DNA of 64,000 bases from Mobula hypostoma (lineage: Eukaryota), in assembly GCF_963921235.1 (NCBI RefSeq), contig NC_086109.1, forward strand, positions 27,406,001 to 27,470,000, read 5' to 3'. Shown here one piece after another: positions 1-11,460 of this stretch; position 1 is the stretch's first letter; every line of letters begins with the position of its first letter. The notes under the pieces were generated by a model. That model was given only the letters and a program-made list of their open reading frames with translations. It did no database searches and was not told the origin of the DNA. The translations under genes and the position numbers were made by a program.

Positions 1-608
1 TGATTCCTTCCTTGTTGTTCACATCTTTCCATGGGTTGAAACAATTTCCGACCTGGCATTGAAGCCACCCAGGGAGATCAATTTGTCTCGTTCTGGGACA
101 TAGGCAATGTTTTTTGAGGCTTCTTTTGCTTCATCCACAGCATCCAGTGCATAGGCCATGCACACTGATGACCAAAACAAGATGGCTCTGTATCAGCAAC
201 ACGCACAAAATGCTGGTGGAACGCAGCAGGCCAGACAGCATCTATAGGAAGAAGCACAGTCGACGTTTTGGGCTGAGACCCTTCGTCAGGACAGTCCTGA
301 CGAAGGGTCTCGGCCTGAAATGTCGACTGTGCTTCTTCCTATGGATGCTGTCTGGCCTGCTGTGTTCCACCAGCATTTTGTGCGTGTTGCTTGAATTTCC
401 AGCATCTGCAGATTTCCTCGTGTTTGCGGCTGTGTATCAGAAGAAGGTCCATTCGTGACACAGGTGCTTTAGTTGATTACTTAGGATAGCCTTTCAGTTT
501 CAATCATAATAGACTGTAAAGTGGGGCAGCTGATGCACACCACGTGGGCTTGATTGAATCTTGATCCAGAAACAAGGCAGTCTACCAAGACTGAATAACA
601 GCCTCTGC
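1..608 (-). mobile_element. Decayed RTE-clade LINE endonuclease fragment, interrupted by a Penelope mini-element
   Basis: Minus strand near 45-90 translates DKLISLGGFNARS, similar to the APE motif DKLILLGDFNARVG of RTE elements; heavily frameshifted. Confidence 0.5.
197..427 (+). mobile_element. Palindromic Penelope-derived mini-element with two degenerate hammerhead motifs
   Basis: ~95-bp inverted arms centred at ~292 plus tail ttgaatttccagcatctgcagatttcctcgtgttt; 13-bp TSD GGCT(C/G)TGTATCAG at 184-196 and 428-440. Confidence 0.85.
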
Positions 609-612
609 TGCA

Positions 613-648
<36 letters not shown>

Positions 649-673
649 GATTAAGTGCATACATGCTGCTGGC

Positions 674-704
<31 letters not shown>

Positions 705-798
705 GATTAAATGCATACATGCTGCTGGCATCTACACACACACACACAGATTAAATGCATACATGCTGCTGGCATCTACACACACACACACACACACT
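609..798. repeat. Compound minisatellite: (CA)n tracts separated by a ~30-bp unit
   Basis: gattaa(a/g)tgcatacatgctgctggcatcta is repeated three times, each followed by a variable (CA)n tract. Confidence 0.95.
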
Positions 799-1363
799 TG
801 GACTTCAGGCACAGGCTCTTCCCCTTGACCAATATTTCCTCACTCACCCTGCCCCCTCACACACTCATTCCTCCTTAACTCCTCCTCTTTTGTTCCTTAC
901 AGTTCCTCAGTCCTCCACCCTCCTGAAGTACCCTTCTCTCCAACTTGTTTTCTCCCCAACCTGAATCTTACACCTCAGCATCTCCTTTCTTCACACCTGG
1001 TGCCTTCCTAATTTTTTTTCTCCAGTTCCCTGCTACCCTTCGTCTGCAATTTCACCTACTCCCTCACTTCTCCTCATCCACAGCCCCCACCCCCTCCCCA
1101 AGCACCTGACAAAGCCCTTTCCTTATATTCCAACCCTGAGAAAAATCTCAGGGGTCAGAGTTCAGGTACAGATGCATTTGGTCACCCAGTGATGCCAAGG
1201 GCAGACATGAGGCCTTCTCTTCAGGTCCAGGCAGTGACGTTGTCCACAGCTGGGCAAATGACAGGGTTCTCTCCTGCGCCTTTTCTCACTAGAAGAGCTA
1301 CTCACACCTTTACTGTGACTGGGATCAGGGCGATCAGACTTTCCTTGTGAATTGATTTACCTT

Positions 1364-2040
1364 AAACACAAGAGATTCTGTAGATGTTGGAACTCTTGAG
1401 GATCACACACAAATTGCTGGAGGAAGTCAGCGGGTCATGCAGCACCCCTGAGAGAAATAAACATTTGACATTTAAGGCCCAGATCCTTCGCTAGGAATGG
1501 AGAGGAAGGGGTAAGATGCCAGAATAATAAGGTGGGGAGAGGGGAAAGAGTACAAGCTAGAAGGTGATGGATGAAGCCAGGTGAGGAGGAAGATGGGTGG
1601 GAGAGGGGCACAAAGTAAGAAGCTGGAAGGTGATAGGTAGAGGATTAAAAGGCTGAAGGAGGAGGAATCTGATAGGAGAAAGGGTAGTAGACCATGGGGG
1701 AAAGGGAGTGAGGGCCCAGGGGAAAGCAATGGGCAGGTGTAGAGGAGAAAAGGGGTAAGAAGGTATCAGCAATGGGAAATGGAAAAAGAGAGAAGGGGGA
1801 GGGGGATACATTACTGTAAATTAGAGAAATCAATGTTCTTGCCATCAAGTTGGAGACTACCCAGACGGAATACAAGGTGTTGTTCTTCCAACTGAGAGAA
1901 ACCCTCATTGTGGTATTAGAGGAGGTCATGGAATGACAATGGAATGGGAATGGGAAGTCAAATTAAAATGGGTGGTCAAATTAAAATGGGTGGCCATTGG
2001 TAAATCACGTCTTTTATGGCAGATGGAGCGAAGGTGCCTG
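1364..2040 (-). mobile_element. Penelope-like element 3' fragment (GIY-YIG C-terminus, purine-rich UTR, terminal repeat)
   Basis: cagacggaatacaaggtgttgttcttccaact encodes LEEQHLVFRL on the minus strand, as in the 63285-63704 copy; same terminal sequence as the mini-elements. Confidence 0.85.
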
Positions 2041-2414
2041 ACATTGGTTTCTGCTCTGTGTAAATTCTCCATGCTCTTTGCAAATATATCTTAAATAGAC
2101 CTGATTCAGTTACCAATTTGATTCAGTAACCTGCAGTAGTTGTTATCCTTTTTATTGGATGTGGATACCATTAGCAAATTCAATATTTGTTGGCTAACTC
2201 TTGAGCTAACTATTGCCTAGATTTTGCAGTGATTTGCACACAGCACTGGGCTTCAAAATAAAGCCCATACTTATATTTACTCTTAGGGCAGTCTTGTTTT
2301 AATGGTTAAGTCCTGCACAGCAATGGGACCTTGAGCAATGTGATGAAAGCACATCGAGGATGCAGAAGGTAGAGGTCAGAACAAGCCACAAGTCCGAAGA
2401 ACACTTTAATAACC

Positions 2415-2600
2415 AGCTACACAAAAGGTGCTAGAGGAACTCAGCAGCAGCTATGGAGAGAAACAGACAGTCGACATTTTGAGTCGTGACCTTTCATCTG
2501 GGCTGGCTGATGGAGGGAAATGGGCTGTCAACTGTCTGACCCGCAGAGTTCATCCAGCGCCTTCTGTGTTGTTCTAGATTCCAGCACCTGCAGTTTCCTC
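2415..2600 (+). mobile_element. Older, diverged palindromic Penelope mini-element
   Basis: acacaaaaggtgctagaggaactcagc ... gagttcatccagcgccttctgtgttgttctagattccagcacctgcag; imperfect inverted arms. Confidence 0.7.
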
Positions 2601-2699
2601 AGTCTCTGTCTTGACTTCCTGGCTTAGCCAGCAGTCAAAACATCCGACTGTTTTTGAATTATTAAACTGTTAAAGAACTATGAAAAATAGTAAGATTTA

Positions 2700-3240
2700 T
2701 AGTACAGTGCAACATCCTGGGCACATATATATATCTAGGTTTCTTTAGACTCTTACACAGTACTGTATTTGTCAATGTGGAGCAGAGAGTGAGTTTGTAA
2801 ATCTGGTGGGAGCAAAGGAAGTTGGGAATGGTGAGGGTGGAGCGGAAAGGGAGGGATGTGGGATAGGTGACAGAGAAGCAATGCCGGCGGGGGGGGGGGG
2901 GGTGGTGTGGGTGTAGACACACCCAGCCCTGAGACACCAGCCAAGCTCATTTGATTCCAAACAATTGGTTTACTGATCATTACAGAATGTCTCTCTGGTA
3001 CTTCCTGCTCCCACCCCTCTCCCTTCCCCTCATCCCAGCCATGATTCCTCTCTCCCTGCTCCTTTCCCTCTCCCAGTCCACAATAGTGACCCATATCAGA
3101 ATAATGTTTATCATCACCCACCTATGTCAAGAAATTTATTTTTCTGTGGTGGCAGTACAATGCAATATACATAAAACGATGACAGTATCATACAAAAGTT
3201 CTAGGTACCCTAGCTCTATATATGTGCCTAAGAACTGTAA
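2700..3240. mobile_element. Composite non-autonomous repeat bracketed by tiny Tc1-like hairpins (copy 1)
   Basis: Body is similar to 22860-23280; both ends carry remnants of cagtactgtgcaaaagtcttaggcac-type inverted repeats. Confidence 0.65.
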
Positions 3241-6200
3241 AACAATATTAAAAGCTACACAAAATATATATAATTTAGATTTCAAAAATTACTTAAAAAA
3301 TAGCTTAGTCCTTTGAATGAAGAAGCTCTCATAGCTCCAAAACTAACCTGCCTCTGTTTGGGCAGATTTCTCTGAGTAGTTGTTGAGAAATTGCCCTACT
3401 GCTGGACTCCATGAGAAGTTCATTGTTAAAGCATATTCCTTTAACGTACCATGGACAACAGGTAACAGCTTTGGGACTTCCAATTTAGTGCAGAAATCCT
3501 GATGCTCTGTCAGTTCTATGGAGAAATGTTGTTATTATGTTGGAAGGTGTGGAGATTGCATCGGTTGCTTTGATGACCTGGAAGTCTTTTTGTGACCTTT
3601 GTAGAAACTACATCAGTCGAAATTGATTCTATTATGTAGTGCACATTAATGTTGAGTTGCGTAATAATAATTCTTAGCGAAGATTATGATACTTGCTGTA
3701 ATCAGCACATCAGGTCCTACTTACTATCAAAAAATAAAAGCCTGCAGATATGGAAACGTGAAAAAGTAAGACAGAAAATGCTGGAAATACTCAGCAGGTT
3801 AACTCTGCTTTTCTTTCCACAGATGTTGCATGGCCCGTAGGTATTCCTGTTATGAAACCAACATGGTGTTATTCTAAATAATTCTTCTGTTATCTGGTTT
3901 CCCAAAGTAGCCACAGAAGGTCATTTAGAAGTCTTATTTTCATTTTCTTCCTGTAAGTATGACATTTAATAGCCAGCATTGAAGGAATATCTTTGTGAAT
4001 GGGATGAGTTCCTGAAAAATATATTATTAAGCAAAATGTAATAAAATGCATGATGGATAGATTGGACCAATACATTCCCATGTGTGAAAGTGGCTCACTG
4101 TTGGTTATAGTAAAAAAATAGCTCTGTATATGAAAGACATGCATCTCAATAGTTCAATGGTGATGTACAAAATTCATAAATAAAATACTTGGAAGTGAAG
4201 AAATCAGTGTACTAACAAGCATGACTAGCATGCTTTACATGTGCTTAATTAGAGAGTGATAGTACTTTCAGGCAATCAAATTCTTTTTAGTATGGACATG
4301 CTGGTCATCAAATGGTGCACTTGCAGATGCCAAATTTCATATCAGCGATTGCCTCAAACTGCAAATTGTGACTTAGGATATCATTCATTAGATGGTTGTG
4401 TGTTCAAGCTGATTTGAAGGCTGGAGATCTAATCTCAATGTGTATCTGTGCAGCCAGAGGAAATGCATCTCCATTGAACTGATACCTTGAATTAAATTTT
4501 GTAACTGCCCTGCCCTCTCAGGTCAATATAAAGATTCAGTGGCATTCAGAGGGGGCAGGATAACTCTCTCATGCCTCAGCCAGTAAGTAAAAGATCAAGA
4601 ACAGTGGCCAAGAATGTGGTAATGTCTGAGGAACCTTGCTGCGCTCAAATTTGTTGTTCTTCATGTCAACTGCGAGTCCACCATAAGTATAGGCATTTGC
4701 TACAACATCTTAAAGCTCTGAAAGATCATACCAATCACCCAATTTCATATCTTCCCTTTCATTCTCTAATCTCCTCACTATTTTCTCTCTACCTTAAAGC
4801 TTGCTTTATCCATTACTCTTCCGCATTGATGAAAGGTCATCAATGTTACAAGTTAAATCTGCTTTTCCCTCTCCACAGACACTGCTGAGATTTTCTGACT
4901 CTTGCTGTTTAGAACTCCTCTATTACAGAAAGCAAACTGTGGATGGAAGTTACTATGGAAGGAGAAATGTCTTAGTAAGGCAATTCATCAGTACTGAACA
5001 GAAACATGAAACAGAGGCCTTATTAATTAAATGAAGAGTATTAAGTAAATAAATATCTTAGTTGCATCTCAACTTGTATACATGGGGTGTACAATACCAA
5101 TTAAAATTGTATGGCAAGGATAACTTTGTGTGCATCAATAGCCAAACATTGAACTTAAACTTGAATCATGCTGAGGATGTGTCCATTGGTGCTATTGAAG
5201 CAACTGGCAAACGAAATCCAAATGGAGTTTGTTGCAAACTGGGCTAGATCCATTGTCACCGTGGAGCCAGCGAGGAACAGAGACAGTGAATGTGAACTAT
5301 CTCCCTGCAACACATCTCTCAGAATTGCCACATTAATTTTTCATAAAGCAATCCAAAGCAGAAACTGCCAAAGCAATTATTCAGCCATCAGCTCTATCAT
5401 TTTCACTGCCATTGGCACACACTTGTGATTGGCAGCTGTGTTTTGTCCATGCATCAATACTGACAGGGTTAAACATCAATTTGAGCTAATATTGCTTTCA
5501 TGAAATAAGACTGTTTTGTTTAGCCCATAGTTCTTTTTTTTTGCAATGGGCTTCACTGTCTGTGCAACTTTGAAAGCAATTCAGAGAAATAAGTTACCAT
5601 AGTTGTTCCATGCCCCAGACATGAATTTTAATCCCTTTATAGTTGTGAAACTTTACGTAATGAACCAGTAGCATTTACTGGCACTTGTAACATTAACGTG
5701 CCAGGTGAAGCCTCAAAGAGAAGGCAGATATGGAGATATGGTTGGGTTGAGTTGTTTTCTGTTCTTGGCAATCCATTTGCAAACATTTTGTCACCATACT
5801 AGGGCACATCATCAGTGTCCTGTTCATTGAATTAATAGCAAACTGATGATGTCCTCTCTGATGGTGACAAAACATTTGCAAATGGATTACCAGGATTGGA
5901 GAACAACCCAACTCAACCATCAACCACCTGAGCTACACATTTTCTGAGATATTTCCTATATGGAGATATATTTTAAATGCATCTGGGAGCCCTAATTGAA
6001 ACAATATCTTGCATTCATGTAGCACCTCCAAAGTCAAAACTATTCTGTACATCGCTTCAGGCAGAAACTACCATAGCAATTATTTAGCCATCAGCTCTGA
6101 TGCTTCAGCAATGTATAATCACGCAACAATCCATAGAGAAAGAAGACACTAAGAAGGAAAATTATAGAAGGCCTTGAAGGCCAAGAAACAGAGAAAGCAT

Positions 6201-7159
6201 AGAAAGGGGCATTTTAAAAGCTTAATAGAATGTCAGTTTATATATCTATTGGTAAAAAGCTTTAATTACTGGAACACCAAAGACAGTGGAGGAATCTGAG
6301 TATATTGATCATGGACAAGTGAAGAAATTATTCAGAATGCTACCTTTTATATCTATATGTCTGGGATTCAAAAAGATAGAAATATGATACAGTCTTTCAA
6401 AAATCTAGAAACACATGCAGTATTGTGAATAGTTTGAGACACTACACCTTGGAAAGAATATACTGGTCTTGGAGAAAATGCAGAGATTTTTAAAAATTAT
6501 CTCTGAAATCCATGATTAAATTTTGAGATAAAAATACTCAATTTCAAGTTGGAAGATTATCAAGATATCAAGATGTAAGAGTAGTTCGAGTGAAACTATT
6601 TCCACTGATTATGAGCCAAAGATCAGAGAGAAAAGAGAAAAAAAAATAGGTCAAGGCCTTTACTTACTCAGAAGGTGGTAGAAATTTGGAACCTCCTTCT
6701 CAAGTGAAAAATAATGATTGCTCAGTGGTTGACTTCAGTTTGCCGATACTGATACTGATCAAACAAACATCTTTGGCAATCAAAGATTAAAGAATTTGAG
6801 GAAAAGGTAGGTATGACAAGTGATGTCAGTATTGATCTCGGGTTTCAGGGAGGTTAAATGTTCTGCGAATGGTCCCTCATTTTGATATTCCAATAGAAAG
6901 ATTTCAGGAAGGGCAAGATGCCAAGAGAAGAATCTAAAGTTTACAGATGAATGTACGGCTGGAGTAGGTTATCAGGTAAGGGATTAATAAGGACTTGAAA
7001 ATGTTTAAACATTAGTGACAGAAATTTGAATTGAAGTCTTCGGAAGATAATTAGATGTCCTGAAACCAATGATTGAAAGCATAGGATGGTGAGTGAAAGC
7101 AATTGTACAAGTTACATCGACTGAAAGCTTTTTGTTCTGATGAGAGTAAATCTGATGAT

Positions 7160-7460
7160 GTGGCATAATAGCATAGTGATTAGTACCACACTCCACAGTG
7201 CCTGCAATCACTGATCAGGGTTCAATTCCCGCTGTTGTCTGTAAGTAGTTTATATGTTGTCCCCGTGACTGCATGGGTTTCATCCAGGTAGCCCGGTTTC
7301 CTCCCACATTCCAAAGACACATGGTTAGATGTAGTGAGCTCGGAGCATGCTATGTTGGCACTATAAGTGTGGCAATACTTGTGGGCTGCCCCCAGAAAAT
7401 CTTTGGACTGTGTTGGTCACTGATGCAAAATGAGCCACTTCTAATGCATGTTTTGATAGT
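7160..7460 (+). mobile_element. tRNA-derived V-SINE-type element (tail resumes at ~8155-8200 after a nested insertion)
   Basis: B-box-like ggttcaattccc at ~7219; V-domain-like core ccccgtgactgcatgggtttcatccaggtagcccggtttcctcccacattccaaagac. Confidence 0.75.
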
Positions 7461-8151
7461 AGATTAGATTAGATTAGATTAGATTATGAGGACATGCAGT
7501 CCTCTTTTATTCTCATTTAGTAATGCATGCATTAAGAAATGATACAATGTTCCTGTGCGACATCACAGAAACACAAGACAAACCAAGACTGAAAGACTGA
7601 CAAAAACCTTATAATTATAACATATAGTTACAATAGTGTAAGCAATACTGTAATTTGATAAAGAACAGACCATGGGCACAGTAAAAAAAAGTCTCAAAGT
7701 CTCTCGAAAGTGCCACATCTCACGCAGATGGTAGAAGGAAGAAAACTCTCCCTGCCATGAGCTTCCAGCGCCGCAAACTTGCCGATTCAGCATCCTGGAA
7801 GCACCCGACCACAATCCGACTCTGAGTCCAACCCAAAACTTCGAGCCTCCTACCAGCCCTCCAACACCGAGCACCGAGCACCATCTCTGCCAAACGCTTC
7901 GACCCCAGCCCCAGATGCCAGCAACAGGCAAAGCCAAGGATTTGGGGCCTTCCCCTCCAGAGATTCTCAATCGCACAGTAGCAGCGGCAGCGAAACGGGC
8001 ATTTCAGAAGTTTCTCCAGATGTTCCTCCGTGCTTCTCACACCTGTCTCCATCAAATCAGAATTGTGCACGGCATCCTACTTACAAATACCAATATCATT
8101 CACCGGAGAGGCCGCGCGTGCTGCATCGCGCTGCTATCTTCTCCTCCCTCC
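7461..8151 (-). mobile_element. ~690-bp non-autonomous retroelement with (TCTAA)n tail, copy 1
   Basis: Minus strand starts ggagggaggagaagatagc and ends aataaaagaggactgcatgtcctcataa(tctaa)n; collinear with 27041-27733 and 31394-32074. Confidence 0.85.
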
Positions 8152-8217
8152 TTTATTATGATGTAAATGTAACAAATAAAGCTTATCTGTTAATCTTTAA
8201 CTTTCAAGTCGGTTAGT

Positions 8218-8565
8218 AGGGTGGAGAAACATCACTACCAAAGGAGGTGTAAGGCAGGTCACCCTTGGGCGAGGTGTAGTGCCTGCTCAACGCACTGATC
8301 AGGATCACATGAAGCCATGGGAGCAGGTGGTGGACAGTTGTATGAGTAGCTGGTGCATATTGCAAGTCCTAGTTATTGCAAGTCACTGACACCAGGCAGA
8401 CAATCTCTGAAGAGTATAGCTAATGGATGGGGTCACCCATATTTTAAAGACAGAGCTTAGAAGGCGGCAATGGCAAGCCACTTCTGCAGAAAATTGTGTC
8501 AAGAATAATCATGGTCAAAAGATCGTGCTCAGCCATGTCATACAACATGCTGCATAATGATGATG
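8218..8565 (+). mobile_element. RTE-related (Bov-A-like) short non-autonomous element
   Basis: Contains gaaggcggcaatggcaagccacttctgcagaaaattgtgtcaag and a (tga)n tail; further copies at 42080-42436 (+) and 47870-48215 (-). Confidence 0.7.
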
Positions 8566-8822
8566 TTGAATTTTTAAATCTAAGGTTGCTGTAGAGGTCA
8601 CTGTACTTCCCATGCTTCATAAAAGCCATATATCATGAGTCTGTGGATATTCATAATAAAATATGGCAATTGTTAAATATTTCTTTGTAAGCTAGAGAAT
8701 GCAATTTAGTTTTCATGGCTTAATATCGCCCTATTTGTTTAAGCGAAGCATCTCATGATTGAGCAGTGACCTATTCATGGACAAGTTGAGACTGATTTTT
8801 ATTTTTGCTAGTATCTCTATGC

Positions 8823-10470
8823 CAGGTTTCTTAAACATGGTTCTGCGAGAGGTCGCTAGGATTCTGTGGGAGATCGGGATTAAAAAAATAAAACACCGCT
8901 TTTTGAACTTCACTTGATGCTGCCACTTGCAGTGGTGGGCAATCACTAAGCAGCCCATTAGCAATCTCATTTCCCAGTATGGCAGTGCATTGTGGGACCC
9001 TGTTTATTTGGTTGAGCCCATTCTTAGTTTTTGACGCGAGATACGGGAGGCCATGGATAATTGATGAACACTGTATTGCACGGAGGGGAGGACGGTAGGC
9101 TGATGTGGAACATGAAGTGTGTTTTCGGAGCATTGAATGGACTTGCCCAACTGTGACAAAAGCCTCACCCTCCTGAATTACCTCCCCCAACTTTCCTTGT
9201 ATGAAAACCTGGACCAAGAGCACATTAATCTCCTGTTACATACAGAAATCTGGTGGCTTAGCAGTAGATGAGTTCTCAATAGGTTATTTGAGCTGAAAGA
9301 TGAATTGAAGGAGTACTTTCAAGAAAATAGGACAGATTTTTCTGACTGCTTTGAAGGTAAAAAATGGCTAAGAAACTAACTAGCCGACTTAGCAGACATT
9401 TTTCATCATATAAACCAGTTGGGCAAGTCTTTACAAGATTCTGGAGAAAATGTTTTGACTTCAAGTGACAAGATTCTTGGATTTAAAAGGAAACTGAATC
9501 TTTGGGAAAATCATTTTGCAAAAGGAAATCTTGAAATGTTTCCACTGCTGCTTGGGCTTGAGAGTGAGGAAGAATATCAGGAAGTTTCAAGTCTTATTGA
9601 AAATCACCCGGAAGAACTACAGAACAAAACTGAATAGTATTTTTCCTTCCTTTCAACACAAGTGTATGACTGGATGAGGGATCCTTTCTTTAAATCTTCA
9701 TCTCAGCCAGAGAACTTGACTTTGAGAGAAGAGTAAGAACTTTGTGAGCTGCAGTCTGATCGTGCACTCAAGATGAGATTTACTGACCTGCCTCTGGACA
9801 AGTTCTGGATTTCTGTTAAAGAAGAGTATCCTGCCATTCATAGGAAAGCAATGAGCATTTTGCTACAGTTTTCAACTTCTTACATGTGTGAGCAAGCTTG
9901 TTCTTGTTTAACAAGCATCAAGAGAAAGGAGAGAAATAGTTCCATTTCAGATGAAGGTGAGATCTGTGTGTGCATATCTCGATTGACTCAGAATTGAGTG
10001 TTTGTGCAGCACAAAACAAGCATAGGTTTCACATGCTAAGCCAGGACTTTTTGGCCTGGAGGCACCTTTGATATGATTTTCAGGTCTTAGAGAACCCCTG
10101 CGTAAGAAATTCTTCTATCTACTGCTCATGGTACATTAGCTTGATCAGTATATAATAATCCAAAAATAATTGTCAATGCTCTTTTGAGTAGAGAATGAAC
10201 TTTTAGCCAGCCATCTTGAAAAAAAAAACAGGTAGCGAAGGGTCTCGGCCTGAAACGTCGACTGCGCCTCTTCCTATAGATGCTGCCTGGCCTGCTGCGT
10301 TCACCAGCAACTTTGATGTATGTTGCTTGAATTTCCAGCATCTGCAGAATTCCTGTTGTTTACAGGTAGTTAAGCTTAGCTTACCTTTCTTGCAATTAAT
10401 ATCTTGCTTTCCCTTTCATAAATTCTAAAAACTCATAAGGCAAACATAATATATTTCTGTTTAATAACTA
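8823..10470 (+). mobile_element. Decayed hAT (Charlie/Buster-type) transposon with transposase C-terminal remnant
   Basis: ORF pieces 9419-9637 (SLQDSGENVLTSSDKILGFKRKLNLW...FPLL) and 9773-9997 (FWISVKEEYPAIHRKAMSILLQFSTSYMCEQ, hAT dimerisation domain); stops and frameshifts; TIR-like caggtttcttaaac at 8823. Confidence 0.85.
10236..10361 (+). mobile_element. 5'-truncated Penelope terminal fragment inserted into the hAT copy
   Basis: TSD ACAGGTAG at 10228-10235 and 10362-10369; the empty site is visible in the inverted paralog at ~14845-14865. Confidence 0.9.
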
Positions 10471-11026
10471 ACTTAAGCCAAAATAGGATTTAATTTTTCT
10501 AAAGTTAGGCTCAGTAGATTTAATTTGAATAAAGGTTATATAGTAAACTGGGCTTTGTTTGATAAAGTTACCCCTTTTTGTAGCATCATCCAGAACTTTT
10601 TCATTTAATCTCCAAGAGTTTTTGACATCAGCACCTGTCTGTGAAGGAAGCAGTGTGTTGTGACAACGTCAGGATTTTCTTTTTTATATACAAGAGAAAC
10701 AAAACTTCTCATGGAGCCAACCATCGATAGGGCATCGTGTGACATGTCATCAAAATGTCGACTTATCATACTGTTTGAGAGTGAAACCTTTTCAATTTCT
10801 CATACTGCTTCTTGTCCTAGCATTTTATCCACTATAATTTTATATGCTTGCATTATTAGATTCTCACCAACTGTGTGACTATTTCCTAGCTGTGTAATAA
10901 GTTCTGGGTAATAAGACAAGGCACAATGGAATAGGACAACTTACATCAGTAGTCTATGTCAAACCCATTGACAAGTAGCTTTCATTGTATAGACAGATTT
11001 TTCGCAAAAAATATGAAAACTACAGA

Positions 11027-11460
11027 ATCAGTATCAGTTTTATCATCACCGGCATGTGTCATGAAATTTGTTAAACACAGCAGCAGTTCAATGCAATACA
11101 TAATATAGAAGAAAAAAAGTAAAAATAAATAAATCAATTACAGTATATGTATATAGAATACATTAAAAATTGTGCAAAAACAGAAATAACATATATTAAA
11201 AAAGTGAGGTAGTGTTCATGAGTTTAATGTCCATTTAGGAACCAGATGACAGAAGGAAAGAAGCTGTTCCTGAATCGCTGAGTGTGCCTTCAGGTTTCTG
11301 TACCTCCTACCTGATGGTAACAATGAGAAAAGGGCATGTCCTGAGTGCTGGGGGTGCTTAATAATGGATACTGCCTTTCTGAGATCCCACTCCTTGAAGA
11401 TGTCCTGGGTACTTTGTAGACCAGTACCCAAGGAGAAGCCAACTAAATTTACAACCCTCC
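11027..11460 (-). mobile_element. Rex1/Babar-type LINE 3' fragment
   Basis: Minus ORF ...SIIKHPQHSGHALFSLLPSGRRYRNLKAH; tail of (ctgatt)n type; near-identical to 26155-26600. Confidence 0.85.

Noticed and set aside
5168..5428. 86-aa ORF in unique sequence
   Set aside because: No recognisable domain, no splice support, opposite strand to the copine exon.
8218..8565. HDV-like ribozyme in the RTE-related short elements
   Set aside because: I could not assign P1-P4 and the catalytic J4/2 strand by eye, so it is not claimed.
9419..9997. Domesticated ZBED/Buster-type gene
   Set aside because: In-frame stops and frameshifts between the pieces, and related non-coding fragments nearby; a dead hAT copy.
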